From Guillardia theta CCMP2712 (taxonomy: Eukaryota; Protista; Cryptophyta): DNA of 64,000 bases. A program made the position numbers and the translations under genes. The notes under the pieces are model-generated. The model searched no databases and was not told where the DNA came from. It worked only from the letters and a program-made list of their open reading frames with translations. Positions 48,521-61,310 of the stretch are shown one piece after another; the first letter of the stretch is position 1, and each line of letters begins with the position of its first letter. Where the stretch lies: the NCBI RefSeq assembly GCF_000315625.1, contig NW_005434649.1:562968-626967 (forward strand), in the 5' to 3' direction.

Positions 48521-48807
48521 GTCGGCATGAGAGGGTCAGTTTACTCAAGCATATTCTACAAGTTGGCATGAGAGGGTCAGTTTACTCAAGCATATTCTAC
48601 AAGTTGGCATGAGAGGGTCAGTTTACTCAAGCATATTCTACAAGTCGGCATGAGAGGGTCAGTTTACTCAAGCATATTCTACAAGTTGGCATGAGAGGGT
48701 CAGTTTACTCAAGCATATTCTACAAGTCGGCATGAGAGGGTCAGTTTACTCAAGCATATTCTACAAGTCGGCATGAGAGGGTCAGTTTACTCAAGCATAT
48801 TCTACAA
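48521..48807. repeat. 41-bp minisatellite, 7 tandem copies (GTYGGCATGAGAGGGTCAGTTTACTCAAGCATATTCTACAA)
   Basis: GGCATG recurs every 41 bp from 48524 to 48770; only one C/T position varies. Confidence 0.97.
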
Positions 48808-48899
48808 GGGAAATGCAAGTCTAGCACAAGAGAAAAAACTGGACATGCTGGAAAATTTTCAAGCTGATCTTGTGGGACAGCATGCGATCTCGGCATGCT

Positions 48900-50333
48900 C
48901 TAAACCGCTCTGCTTCTTCGCTCGTCACCGAGGAAGGCCTCCTTCCACGCGTCGATGAGATACTCTGTCGTCTCCTCATCCCTCACTGCGATTCGCACGT
49001 AGGTGGGGAGCTTGTAGCCTGGCTTTCCCCATCGCACAGGAGTGCCATGCTGGAGAGACCAAGTCAGAGGAGAGCACAAGTCACTTCCTCTCTTCACGAG
49101 GGCAGACCTGCTTCGCGACTTCCACAGCCTTGGCAGCAACAAGCTCATCCCCGGTGTCGATCCAGACCCATGAAAGGAAGGGCTCGCCTGACGCACCACG
49201 TTACTCACAGGGATCACCGCTCGTCCGCCTACCGATGCACTGCCATGAAGGGAAGTACTTATTCAGCTCCTTCACCACATTCTTGCGCCACAAGGCGGTG
49301 TTCCTCCAGGTGGTCCTGGAGGAAACGTTAGGCCCAACAAGGCAAGGCAGGGCGGGTGCTCACTCGAGGTATTCCTGGTCCTTGACAGCAGCAGAGAGAA
49401 ACGCTAGGGCAACGCAGTTGACAGACCAAGGAACTTGCTTCGCTTTGATCATTTCCATGTGCCCCGCTGTTGGAGCAATCACGCTCCCCAGGCGCACCCC
49501 CGTGCATGCCCAGATCTTAGTCCAGCTGTGCATGACGAACACCTCGACGCCCTTCTCGATGCTCATCGCCTGCCTCCACTTGCCTTGGCTGACGAGACTA
49601 TCTTCCCTCCAGTGTGGCCCCACCCATGGCTGCATGCTCTCGTCCACGATGACAACCGAACCAGCCTTGCAGTTGTTCTCGATGTAAGCCTTGAGCTCTT
49701 CGACCTTCATGTAGTCTCCCGTTGGATTCGTTGGGTTCACCATGCACAGAAGGTTCGCAGAGTTGTCATTGGCCGCAACACGATAAAATCCAGCCGCCTG
49801 AGCAAACGTCCATCAGGCAACCCACCAACGAGGAGGGCTGGCCGTTTCCGGATCCTCACCTCTGACGATCGCTTGTACTCCTCGTACTGAGCCATGGTCG
49901 GGCCAGGACGCCATGCTCCAACAACAGCACAAGAGCGGACGACGAGGTCGATCAGCTCCGACGCCCCGTTGCCCAGCTGCAAACAATTCTTGTACAGGTC
50001 GGCTTCCTCGCCCCATAGAAACTCGGCAAGGTGTGAGAGGTGGGGCTCGAAGTTGGCGGGGGGATAATGGTCGATGCTTTCAACCTGCGAACGAGACGTC
50101 AGCTTGATTGATCTTCAGCTTCACTACACTTACAGCTGCCTTGGCTGCTGCCAGAGCCTTTTCTGGCGGTCCCATACCATTGGTAGTGACGGAAAAATCT
50201 TCAATGAAATTCTTGCATTGCCTCCACTCCTTGAGTCGAAACAGTCAGATACTCAAGCAGCAGCACCGCGACTTACTTGTCCTCCATGTGGTGTAGTCAC
50301 ACCATCATCAGCTACTTGTGTCTCCACAACCAT
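48900..50333 (-). CDS. PLP-dependent class I/II aminotransferase (HisC/CobD-like)
   Basis: HGG..DFSVTTN.MGPP, GNGASELI, VNPTNPTG, VDES, and SWTKIWACTGVRLG carrying the PLP lysine. Confidence 0.85.
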
Positions 50334-51662
50334 TCCAACAGCAGACATCTACAGGTCCAGGGTAAGTTCAACTTTGTCCTGCCTCCATCAGGCATGCCAG
50401 TGTGAGAGAGTCTCTGATAGGGACAAGATGGAGCTGGATCAAATCATCTTATACCACTGGAATTCTAAGCCATCCTCCCTCGAGGACAATAAAATGAACT
50501 GAAGTCACTGAATGGAGACTATTCAAAAATCCTTCTAAATCCTCAAGGCTTGCAGGCATATTCATGGCAACTACATGAGCTCTCAAACGATATTACTCTT
50601 GATAGCACTGTCTCTCGTTGTGGGAAGTATCGAAATCTGGCTGAGATCCTGCCTGCCTCTCCTCTTCTTCTTCCAGCTGCTCCGCATCCCTCCATTCGCT
50701 GTCCGCATTCTCCGATCTCCAATCCACCACCCCCACCTCCATGTGATTTTGTATTCCTACCCCCACCCCACCCCGACCCCACCCCGACCCAGAAAAGGTT
50801 GTACTCTACGGGATTTCAAGTTTTGTGCTGACGCAGAGGACCCTCCATAATGCAGTCAAGGATAGGGGTGTGGGTAGATTGGTCCTCCACCCACCCTGAA
50901 AATGAACTTTAGACCGAATGGAACAAAAAATTAAATAAATTCTTGATATTTCAAATTAGAGTACATACTTTCAAGAAGTCATCCGATTTTTGTGGACAAA
51001 ATCTGAGATACCCCACTGGCGAGAACACACACTTCACAACCTATGGTTATAAGAAATGACCCTTACCTACTCAAATTACGATCGAGAAGGGGGTGATAAC
51101 AGGGGAAAAATTATATCTTATAGATATTATGTATAATTGCAAGACCACCCCACCATGGGAACCACCCAGAAGTCCGTCTTCACCACCCACCCCCCGTTAG
51201 AACTCATGACCGCTGCAGTCATCAGACTGAACCACCGGTAGTTGGACCTCCCCCACCCGCACGAGCCTGTTGCACTCCCCATCCCCGTGCGGCCTAAAAC
51301 CAATTGTTGATTGATTAAACTATTTTAGTTGGGACCCAATTTTCGGAGATTAAATCTAGTTTTAGAAAAATTGCTACTAATTACAGTACCATGTAATACA
51401 TTTATTACTCTAAAATATCAAAGGGATTCGTTTTCATGCCAATGATTCCACCTGGTCCCAATGGTCCACCACCCCCACCCCCCCCCGTGGTTCTTCCATG
51501 TGCAAATGACGACCCTGGTCCCCCCCTGGATGAGCTGTTAACCCAGTACCCCTACCCCATCTCTTCATTTTAACCCCTTGATTCCCCTCATTTTACCCCT
51601 TGCTTTCACTTTACCCCACCACCCCATCATTAGAGGTCGCACCCAGACCTGGAATACCCTTG

Positions 51663-51744
51663 CGGATACTTTCACGGATACTTTCGCGGATACTTTCGCG
51701 GATACTTTCACAGATACTTTCGCGGATACTTTCACGGATACTTT
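51663..51744. repeat. 12-bp tandem repeat CGGATACTTTCR, 7 copies
   Basis: Seen directly. Confidence 0.95.
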
Positions 51745-51963
51745 GGGGGATGCTTGTTGGGGCGCAATGGTGGATCGGGCGATAGGGTGATAGGAGGGGG
51801 AGGAGCAGGTGAGGTTGCTAGCGAAGGAAGAGAAGCAGGAGGATGGAGGGGGAGGATAGAGGAGTAGCAGATGAAGGAAGGAGATAGGTCAAAGTGTTTG
51901 AGAGATAGAAATTCTTCCTCGTCCCATTCCTCCATCACCTCACAGGGTCCGATAGAGCTTGCC

Positions 51964-53759
51964 ATGTCCAAGGCCGTGCTGGAACTGAACTCGCTGGAGC
52001 GTCTCGAGGAGATGGTCAGTCGCTCCCAGCCGTTTGTCGTGAGATCCGAGAAGACGCTCATGGCATGGCCTGCATGTCGGAAGTGGGTGGGGGGTGATGG
52101 TACCTTGTACCTCACTGAACGATGTGGTGAGGTGGTAGTGGACGTAGCTGTGTCAGACGATCTTAAGTTCTCGGGAGACGTTCGACATGCTCAGACCGTC
52201 TCGATCCCTTTCAAATCCTTCTTGGAGCATGAGGGCGACCCCAACGTCTACCTAGCGCAATGCCCGCTGTCTTCCTCCAGCGCAGACGCTCCTTCCGGGC
52301 TGGCGGCGTTGCTGGGTGACATCAAGGTTCCCGCGAGCCTCGGAGGAGAGTGCGGTCGACTATGCTCCATCAACCTCTGGATGAATCGTTCAAGGCCCGT
52401 GCGGTCGACCCTCCACTACGATGCACACAACAATCTGCTGTGCTGCCTGAGCGGGACCAAGGAGGTCACGCTTCTTCCTCCCGATCATCAGCTCTGCATG
52501 GGGACCCTGCACTCCGTGTACGTGACAGGCTGCAACCACTCGACGGTATTGCTGGACGACGAGACGTGGCAGGAGATGATAGCAGAGGGGAACTACATGA
52601 AGGCGAGGATCGGAGCAGGGGACTGCCTGTTCCTCCCTGAGGGATGGATGCATCAGGTGGGGGTTGCGCTTCCATTCGAGGGGATGAGGATGTGACTCAG
52701 GTTGACTCCTCGGAGTGGACAACTGCTGTGAACATGTGGTGGCCAGGCAAGGTGAGGAGGAGGAGGAGGAGGAGGAGGAGGAGGAGGAGGAGGAGGAGGA
52801 GGAGGAGGAGGAGGAGGAGGAGGAGGAGGAGGCNNNNNNNNNNNNNNNNNNNNNNNNNNNNNNNNNNNNNNNNNNNNNNNNNNNNNNNNNNNNNNNNNNN
52901 NNNNNNNNNNNNNNNNNNNNNNNNNNNNNNNNNAACCAGTTCGCCAGGAGGAGGAGGAGGAGGAGGAGGAGGAGGAAAACAAGGAAGACAAGAAGTTTCA
53001 AAACGTTTTTCACCTCGCGGGTCTTGAGGAACTTATCGGAGGGTGAAGTCTGACTTCTCCTACTCTTAGCAGCTGAAAAAATTCCTGAAACCCAAAATTT
53101 CAACAGCCTCCCTCCCCATCCCCTCAACTGAATCTTCAAATCCCCCACCACCACAAGCAGCCGCTCATCGACCGACATGACCATCACCAGTCCCTTTCCC
53201 CCTCTCTCCCCTCCTCCTTCCCCTCCTCCTTCCCCTCCTCCTTCCCCTCCTCCTTCCCCTCCTCCTTCCCCTCCTCTTCGTCAACTTGCCTGGTGTGGAT
53301 GGGTACGCGTCTCTGGTCTGCAGCAGCTCTCGTTCAGGCAGGCTGCTCGAACTCTGGACCATCTTCTCCTCCCCCATCACATCCCCGCTGTTGTTGAGCA
53401 GATAGGAGATCAGGCCTGACAAGCAATGAGAAAAGCTCTCTTCCTCCAACTTTCTCCTTTTTCTTCCCTTCTCCATTCCTCTTCGTCTTTCTGCTTCTCC
53501 TCCTTCTCCTCCTTCTCCTCCTCAATACTGATCCTTACCCAGAATCTTGTTATCGTTGGATGCTCTCTTCTCCCTTCACTTCAGGTCAGCGAATCGCAAC
53601 GAAGAGCAGGAGAACAAGAGAGCAAGGCATTCGCGCATGTGCCGCTCAACTCACACATCGCTCCTTGCGCTCTCGGTGAACTCAAGAGCTTGGATGAGTG
53701 CGTTCCTGCTTCTCACTCAAACGAGTTGCAATTTGACAAGTAATCCCTCAATGATCTAG
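51964..53759 (+). CDS. JmjC (cupin_8-type) 2OG/Fe dioxygenase; interrupted by a gap at 52834-52933, 3' end approximate
   Basis: YLAQ, NLWMN, TLHYDAHNNL (HxD), GTKEVTLLPP, GDCLFLPEGWMHQV|DS...AVNMWW. Confidence 0.88.
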
Positions 53760-53874
53760 TGCCCTCCTTCTTTTCCGTCCACTGCTCCTTCTCCCCCGCC
53801 CCCCTCTCTTTCTCTTCTTCATTCTTGTTCAACAGATCTTCCCTCATCCTCCTCCCTCACCTCAATTTCTCTAC

Positions 53875-55516
53875 TTCCTTTCGGAGACCTCCAGCCTGTT
53901 GAGATCTGAGTCGATCGAAAGAAAGGAGAGGACGCTACCTCTGCTGCCTGCGTTGTTGCCTCATCGAGCTTCTGTCTAGCCACTGAATGGGTCCGCTGAT
54001 GCAATGAAGAAGGTGAGGAAGAGCTGAGAGATGTGAAATGGAGATGAAAAGGAAAGAGAGCATGACCATACGAAGGAGGAGGAGGAAGAGGGGGGGGGGC
54101 GAAGCAACATATCGGCACTTAGCTAGTCCTCACCTTGAGCTGCTCATAGTTTTCTTCGACGGCCCTCAAACTCTTTTGCAGCTGTCAAACTTATCAGAAA
54201 AATGGAGAGAGGAACGTGGGCAGGAGCAGAACACTATGATAGAGTAGACAGCAGGTAGGTTAAAGGAGGTAAGGGATCGAGTAAGGGAGATAAAATGACC
54301 TCCTCAAAACGAACATCAGCCTGTTGTTTCTCAGAACGTAGCTCTTGGATAGTCTTGGAGGACTACGAAGACATTTCAGATGAGAATTGAGGAGAGAAAG
54401 TGGGAAGGATTGCTTCTGTGAAAGAAAGAAATATGACCATGCAGATGCTGGATCCAATAGAAGATGATAGAAGGAGTGGAGAGGAAGAAGAAGTGAATGC
54501 CAGAGGGAGCTAAAGGATTACCTCTTTTTCCTTCTCATTCGCTTCCTTCTGCATTTTCTGGCTTATCGCGTAAGAGATAAAAGCTCGCATTTATGTTCTA
54601 CTTCATTTGTCTCTTCGAGCTCTCTGCAGAAATCTTCCAGTTCTTGACATCGAGCAATCAACTTCTGCAGAAACAAGTTGGACAAGGAAACAACAAGACC
54701 AAGCTGAGTCAACAAAGGGTAGAATCTGCAGAACCTGGTTGTTATTTTGCAGACGAACAAGGTACTCGTTGAGTCGCTGTTTCTCAGACTGAAAGGACAT
54801 AAATATTACGATACCATCAATGATTGTCAGAGTCAGACAAGATCCCTTCAGTGAGATCTAGAAACAAGCATTGTCGACTACTCGCCTGCTCGTTAGAATC
54901 CGACGCAGACAATTTCTGTTCCCAAGTCTGAAGATTGTGACATGTTACATGGAGATGGGGATAGGCAATGAGACGAACCTTGAGCAGAACAATCTCTTCC
55001 TGCTGCCTCTTGATAGTCTCTTCCTTCTCCCGCACGCTTCCTTTTGTCTGAGCAATGAAGAATTAATAGATGAGCCGAAGACTCTGAGGAAGAGCGAGGA
55101 TGAGGGAGCTTTAAATACGAGTTGTATAGGATGAAAAGAAAGAACATGATTAAGGAGCTTGATATTTCCGACCTCGTTCAAATCTGCAGAAAGAGAAGAC
55201 GCCGTCTGTGTCATTTCTTCCATCTGCAAACGATGGTGAGGAGAACGAAATTGCTACATGGGAGGAGTAGAGGGCAAGAGTAAGATCGGTTGAGATGAAA
55301 GCAGGCGATCACAGATGACAGCAGGCGATCATAGAATGTGAAGGGAAAGGAAAGTAAGTTCAAAGAAGTCTTAGTAACAAGCAAGGATTGATGAAGGGGA
55401 AGGAGAACACTTGAAGTTGCGGACCTTTTGGTAAGCCTCCTCAAGGGCGTCCCTTAGCGTCGAGATTTCATCCTGCAACGACCGATCAAGAATTTGAACA
55501 AAATCAAGATCAAATA

Positions 55517-55549
<33 letters not shown>

Positions 55550-55568
55550 AAGCAACAGCAACAGCAAA

Positions 55569-55603
<35 letters not shown>

Positions 55604-55628
55604 AAGCAACAGCAACAGCAACAGCAAA

Positions 55629-55663
<35 letters not shown>

Positions 55664-57373
55664 AAGCAACAGCAACAGCAAAAGCAACAGCAAAAGCAAC
55701 AGCAACAGAGAGTACCTTCTGCGACTCAAAGGCTCCGCTGATTGAGATATAGCTCCTCTCATACTCTTCAAGTTTCACCAGACGCTCCCTTGCATGATCC
55801 AACCTGTAAAGATTTTGTCAGGTTAACCTCATCAGAGGTAGCTGTCTCAACTTCAGCATCAGCAAAAACATTCACAGAATTACTCTCATCAATTTCCCAC
55901 GTTACATTATTATCAGTTTGATTCGTATCAGAACATGTTCAACACCCTCATTTCCCTCTTGCAGTATCATAATTTCCTCAAAATCGTCTTTTCCATCTTC
56001 TTTCCTTGCTCTTTTTAAGCTTTCGGAAATCACATGGCAAAACATGCAGACATGACAAAAAAGGTCCCAAAAAGGTCCAAAACATCGTACTTGTGAGTAA
56101 GAAGTGATACTTCTGACTGCAACTCGAAGCAATGTTTTTCCTTTGACCTCAGCTCCAGCTGATGTCAACATGTCAGTATGAAACTTTCAGTGCCTCACAT
56201 TGCTGTCCCTTCACCTGTAGAGATTGGTCGACACTATCACGAGAGCTGATCTTGTTGTGCAGTTGGTCGATCTCATTTTTCAGCCGCTGACATTCTTGCT
56301 GGTAGATTTCTTCTTTCAACTTGCTTTCTTGCGCCTGCGGGCAGTCAGTCAACGAGCAACGTTATGCAAAGTTGCACCTTCAGTTTTGTGCTCTCGAGCT
56401 CATTCCGTGCCTTAAGGACTCATTCTTAGTACCAAAGCTTGAATGTCAAAATGAGATGAATCAATCACCAACTGCAGCTCTCGATTTGATTCTGAAATCC
56501 TCGAGTCTGATCTCTCTGAAAGCTCTTGTTCCCTTCCCTTCGCCAACTTAAGCTCTTCTTTAACCTTCAGCAAGGAAAGCTGTCAGTGCTATCTCAAAAA
56601 TTGCAACTTGATACCTGCAGAGCCGTCTGCTCCAGCACTTTCTTTGTTTCTTGCATCAGCAGACACTCCTTCTGAGATTGTATCAATTGTTCGTGCATGC
56701 GAGCAAGCTGAGATTCAATCGACTCCACATTTTGCTGGTTCATGTTCCTTTCGGACTCAATCTGATTGATGAGCTTGACGTTCAGCTCTTTCAACTCCTC
56801 GATCGTTTCTTTTGTCATCTCTTCACTCTCGGTCAGCTTCTCCAGCGCTTCATCTCTCTCACTTTCCGCTCTCTCTTTCGCACTGTTTGCAGCGGCCAAC
56901 GAGGCAGCAAGAGCTTGACAATTCTGTGAGTCGGCCTCTGCTTTTGCAGCAATCTTTTGCAGCAGCTCGTTCACTTCTTCTCGTGCATCAAAATGAAGCT
57001 TCGAGACATGCTTGTGAAGCTGTTCACTCTCTTGCAGCTGAGCGTGCAAAGCATCGTTCTCCTCTGTCAGGTGTGTTATGCGGTCAAGGCAGTCAGACAA
57101 TCTTTCTCGAAGAACTTCTTCCACCCTTGACGATGAAGCAGTCTTCCTCCCTCCTGAGTTTCCAGGTGAGTCCAGTTCCTTCCCTGCATTGCTCGACATG
57201 GACATTCTTCTCGTCCCGTGACTAGGTGAATCCTTCAAAGAAGACTTTGACGTGTTGAATTCCCCAGAATGCAGCTGAGACAAGAGCTTTGGTGTGTGCG
57301 CCTGATCCCCTCTATCTGATGATTTCTTCTGGCGAACCCTTGTGGAGGTTGGCGTCAGCCTCCGGGAAGACAT
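53875..57373 (-). CDS. Large multi-exon coiled-coil protein; 3' end approximate
   Basis: Heptad-rich E/K/Q/L exons separated by GT-AG introns. Confidence 0.65.
55516..55707. repeat. (AGCAAC/AGCAAA)n hexamer microsatellite, intronic
   Basis: Seen directly. Confidence 0.92.
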
Positions 57374-58099
57374 GTACCTTTTTCACAACTTGAACTTTTA
57401 TTTGCTTGTCCTTCGATTGCTCTCGTCGACGAGGGATTGTTATCTCCTGCTTGATTGCTTGTTTTGTCACTGTTCCGCGCTCTCGATTTCTGTACCCTTT
57501 TTCTTTCTCTTCCTCTCCCTCTCCTCCTTTCCTCAAGTTCTTCCTCTTGTCTCACGCATGAGATCCTCCTTTTACTTCAAACGGTCTCTGCACTACCCAC
57601 CCTTTCATGCTGGATCCCCCAGCCTCCCAGCCACCCACAGGGAAAGTGGTACTTATTATTACATGACTGTCCGATGGTCTCCTCTACCACCCCTACCCCA
57701 GCATCTATGGACCCCCGGAAAAAAAAGTCAAGACAGACAAAAACATCACTTTTATCCAGTGATTGCGTGAGCTCTTGTTGAGAGATTACCTGAACTCTGT
57801 GGCAAAACATGCCGGGGAGAGGAGAGTGCAGGAGAAGAGGAAGAAGAGCAGAGGTGAGGAGAACAGGAGGGGAGCAAGACAAAGAGCGAGACATCAGGGT
57901 AGGAATTGAGACATGAATTTGAAAAGCAAAGACATGTAGAATTTCAGAGTATTAGAGTCAAGAGATGGTCAAGTCTGATGGAACAAACAATGAAGCACAG
58001 TGAAAGATAACGGAGAATCCAGACAAGGAGAAAAAGGAGCAAACTTAGACGGAGGAGCAGGTGTGTCGAATGAAAGAATCTAAACAAGAGTAATGTCAA

Positions 58100-59047
58100 C
58101 TCAAAGTTTATAATAAAGTCTAGTCAAATTTCAAGACTATCGCTTCAAGGAGGTCTCCGTTTGCGATCTTTGAAAGCGTGCTGACTTTTCAGCACTTCTC
58201 CACCTTTGCTGGCGGCTGGTCAGACGAATTGTCGACCTCCTCGCATTTTCTCTTTTTCGGAGAGTTGTTCTTGTTTGGAGTGGCTTGTCCTGACTTCTGC
58301 ATTTCCTGTTAAGAAAAAGTTGAGTTTCAAGAAGTTTTCTGATTAAGAAGATATACTTCTGCTTTGAAGCCTTCTTCCTTTTCCTTATCCTCTTCAGCAC
58401 CTTGTTCTTGGATCTCCGAGATCGCCTCAACCTGAGGGGGGAGGGGATCAGAATTCTCTTTTGCGGTAAATCTCACTTGAATCATTTTTTACCTTTTCGG
58501 TTGCGTTGGAGTCCTCAATCGTTGAATTCTGAAGGAATGTATTCAGTTGAACATCAAGATTTAACCAATTTGACAGATCATCAATGATGGAGATAGATGT
58601 ACCTCAGAGGTCTTCTCTTGAGTTGGTGACTGATTGTTGTCAACTGATTTCTCAACACATACTTCCTCCGACTTCTCCGTATCCTTCTTTTCTTCATCAT
58701 TCATCTTGTCATTAACTTCTTCGGTTTTATCGTTGTTATTGAGCTGGAAAGGTTGTGAGGACTCCCAAATAAAATCTCTCTAACAAAAAGAGAACAAGAC
58801 CTCATTAGACGTATCATTCTTGGCATCCGGCGCGTTAGAGTTGTCGGGTTGATCGGCTTGAGGCTTATCATCTCCTTTGAGCTCGGGGGTATTGTCTTCC
58901 TTGACTTCGGGAGCGACCTCTCCTTCATTCACTTGCTGGAGAAAGAATCTATCATAAGCCGGCATTACAGAGAGTGCAGTTCACCTTCTCCACCTCATTG
59001 TCAGAGATTTGAGGAGCGATGTCAGTCTGATTCGTCTGCGTGGCCAT
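58100..59047 (-). CDS. Charged low-complexity multi-exon hypothetical protein
   Basis: MATQTNQTDIAPQISDNEVEK|VNEGEVAPEVKEDN... with donor/acceptor sites; 3' end approximate. Confidence 0.55.
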
Positions 59048-59599
59048 GGCAGTGGGCAGGGCTCGAGGGTGGCAGGAGGCAGGGCTCGAGCAGCTTAAGT
59101 AGGGAGGGAGGGGCCGCAAGGGGGAGGGCGGGAAGGCGGGAAGGCGGGAAATGTTTGTTGAGCCACAAACCTGGTACCCACCCCTATTTTCCCACATAAA
59201 CATGGGTAGTCAGACTTCGGAAGAATTGTTTTGTACCAGAGTTGCAGGGATGTTTGATTTTTGTACTGTGAGAGAAAATTATTTGTATATGATTTTCAAT
59301 TAGATCTTGAATTAGTACCAAGAAAATATCGATGGAATGTACCACAAAAATTATGAATTTCTAAAAAAGAAAGATTTGTAGGGACTTCACTCTACACTTT
59401 GTACCAAAAGGTTGCAATGGGTAATGATGTTTGGGTTCCTGTGGTACAATCTTGGTACAAATAAGTTGAAACTCAGTACTAAAGTTTGTGGGATTTTCAA
59501 AATTCAATTTGAAGGTCCTAGCGTGTAGGGACAACATCTGGTAGTGAGATGGGGTGGTGTCAGAGAGTAGAACAGCAGGGGGGTAGACCAGCCGTACGG

Positions 59600-59785
59600 G
59601 GACGAGGACGACGAGGGGGTCGAGGATAAGGACGAGGACGAGGACGAGGACGGGGTAAAGGTTGAGGACGAGGACGAGATTGAGGACAAGGACGAGGACG
59701 AGGACGAGGACGAGGTCGAGGTCGAGGTCGAGGTCGAGGTCGAGGTCGAGGTCGAGGTCGAGGTCGAGGTCGAGGTCGAGGTCGA
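59600..59785. repeat. (GAGGAC)n grading into (GAGGTC)n hexamer repeat
   Basis: Seen directly. Confidence 0.9.
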
Positions 59786-59879
59786 AGTCGATTACCATCA
59801 AGACTGCCAGGAAGATCAAGGTTGTTCTACGTTTTGGACAGGGCGGAAGGGAAAAAACCCTGAGTCTGCATCTAGACTG

Positions 59880-61215
59880 ATGGAATACTCTGTAAACATG
59901 CTCTCGGAAGGGGAGGATCATGAAGTCGAAATGAAAGTTGGGTCAGCTATCTATATCGAAGAAGACATGGAAGTCGATGTCAACCACCAACCCTGCCATG
60001 GATCTATGAATTTATTGGAAGCTTATAAAGATCTTCAACTGAGGGCATTACAGGAAGTGCAGAAAGAAATCGAAGAGCATGAACTCAAAGCTGCTTCATT
60101 GAAGCAGAAGTTAAAAAAATTCAAAGATGAGCTGAAAAGAATGTACCCTGAACATGAACAATTTATAGATCATCTTGAACAAGGGTATATATCAGAGATT
60201 TGTGATGGTCTGACTGAACGACAAGCTAGGGATGCAACTCTAAAGAACGTAACAGAGGAATCAAGTACCCAAGGTGGACAGGCTGCAATGAAAACAATCG
60301 ATAGCAATCTAAGTAAAGACCATCTGAGCATTGAAAAATCTGTGAGTGACTGTGACGACGGTACTTCGTGCTTTTCAAGGTCAATCTCCCTGCGATCTGG
60401 CAAATGTTCGAGAACAAGACCGTTGTGTTTGCTCACGGACCCTGGCTTTGTCTCAGAATATAATTTATGTGACAAGTCCCATGCACCTGGTCAAACTCGA
60501 GAATTGGATCAATGCAGGGGGCAAGAAGAAATGAATTCGGAAGGTCAGAACAAAGAAGTTGACTCAGACGGTGTCGAAGAGCAATTTTGTGAAAGTCTAG
60601 ACGATGTGGAAAATTCATGCGATCTCTTATCTTCACAATCACCATCCGACTCTAAAACAATTGATTCTGACAAGGAAGAATATTCTAAACCAGCAGGAAG
60701 GAGAAAATCAGCTTCGAGTACAGCTATACCAAAACGTATCAATCCTAAAAAATCTCATCATGGCTCTAGGGTGCGGCTGCTGATCGAATCAATCATGAAA
60801 TTGGAGGAGACAGGAGCCGTAAAAGTCTGGAAGGTTACAGCACAAAAAGCAAAATCAACAAGAATGTACCTACCATTTACAAAAATGGAGGTGCAAAACA
60901 TGGAAGCCTTCATTCAAGAGGTAAGCTGTGAAGAAAAGTTTGATTTTTGAATGCCTAATCCCCATGCAGATCAATACAGTGTTTCGGCAACGATCAAGAT
61001 CCTCTCGAAGTCGAGTGTCCAAGACAATGTGTGAAAATGCACGACAGGCGTTCCGTTACGCAAGCTTCTTGCCCTTCCAGCCACTTGAAGAGCAGAAGGT
61101 CAATTCTTGGGACGGTCAGGTCTATCAGTACTACGAGAGCTTCCGCAAGCTCAGGTTGGACAAGGCTAAGATGAACACGCTGAGAAGCAAGGCTCGGCTA
61201 AAAGAAAAGCAGTGA
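59880..61215 (+). CDS. Hypothetical protein with coiled-coil N-terminus and basic C-terminal domain
   Basis: 356-aa ORF, then an intron (gtaag...catgcag), then the last exon INTVFRQRSR...KEKQ*. Confidence 0.6.
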
Positions 61216-61310
61216 ATGGTATTTAATCAAATCGAACTATTTGAAAAGATAAGTGAAAGTGACAATAAACCTCTTCATGAATATTTCAATGAACATGAAC
61301 AGGTTTATCG

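Noticed and set aside
48521-48807. CRISPR-like array
   Set aside because: Units are contiguous with no unique spacers, no cas genes are present, and the context is eukaryotic.
55371-55802. Poly-VA/poly-L transmembrane ORFs
   Set aside because: They come from an intronic hexamer repeat inside the coiled-coil gene.
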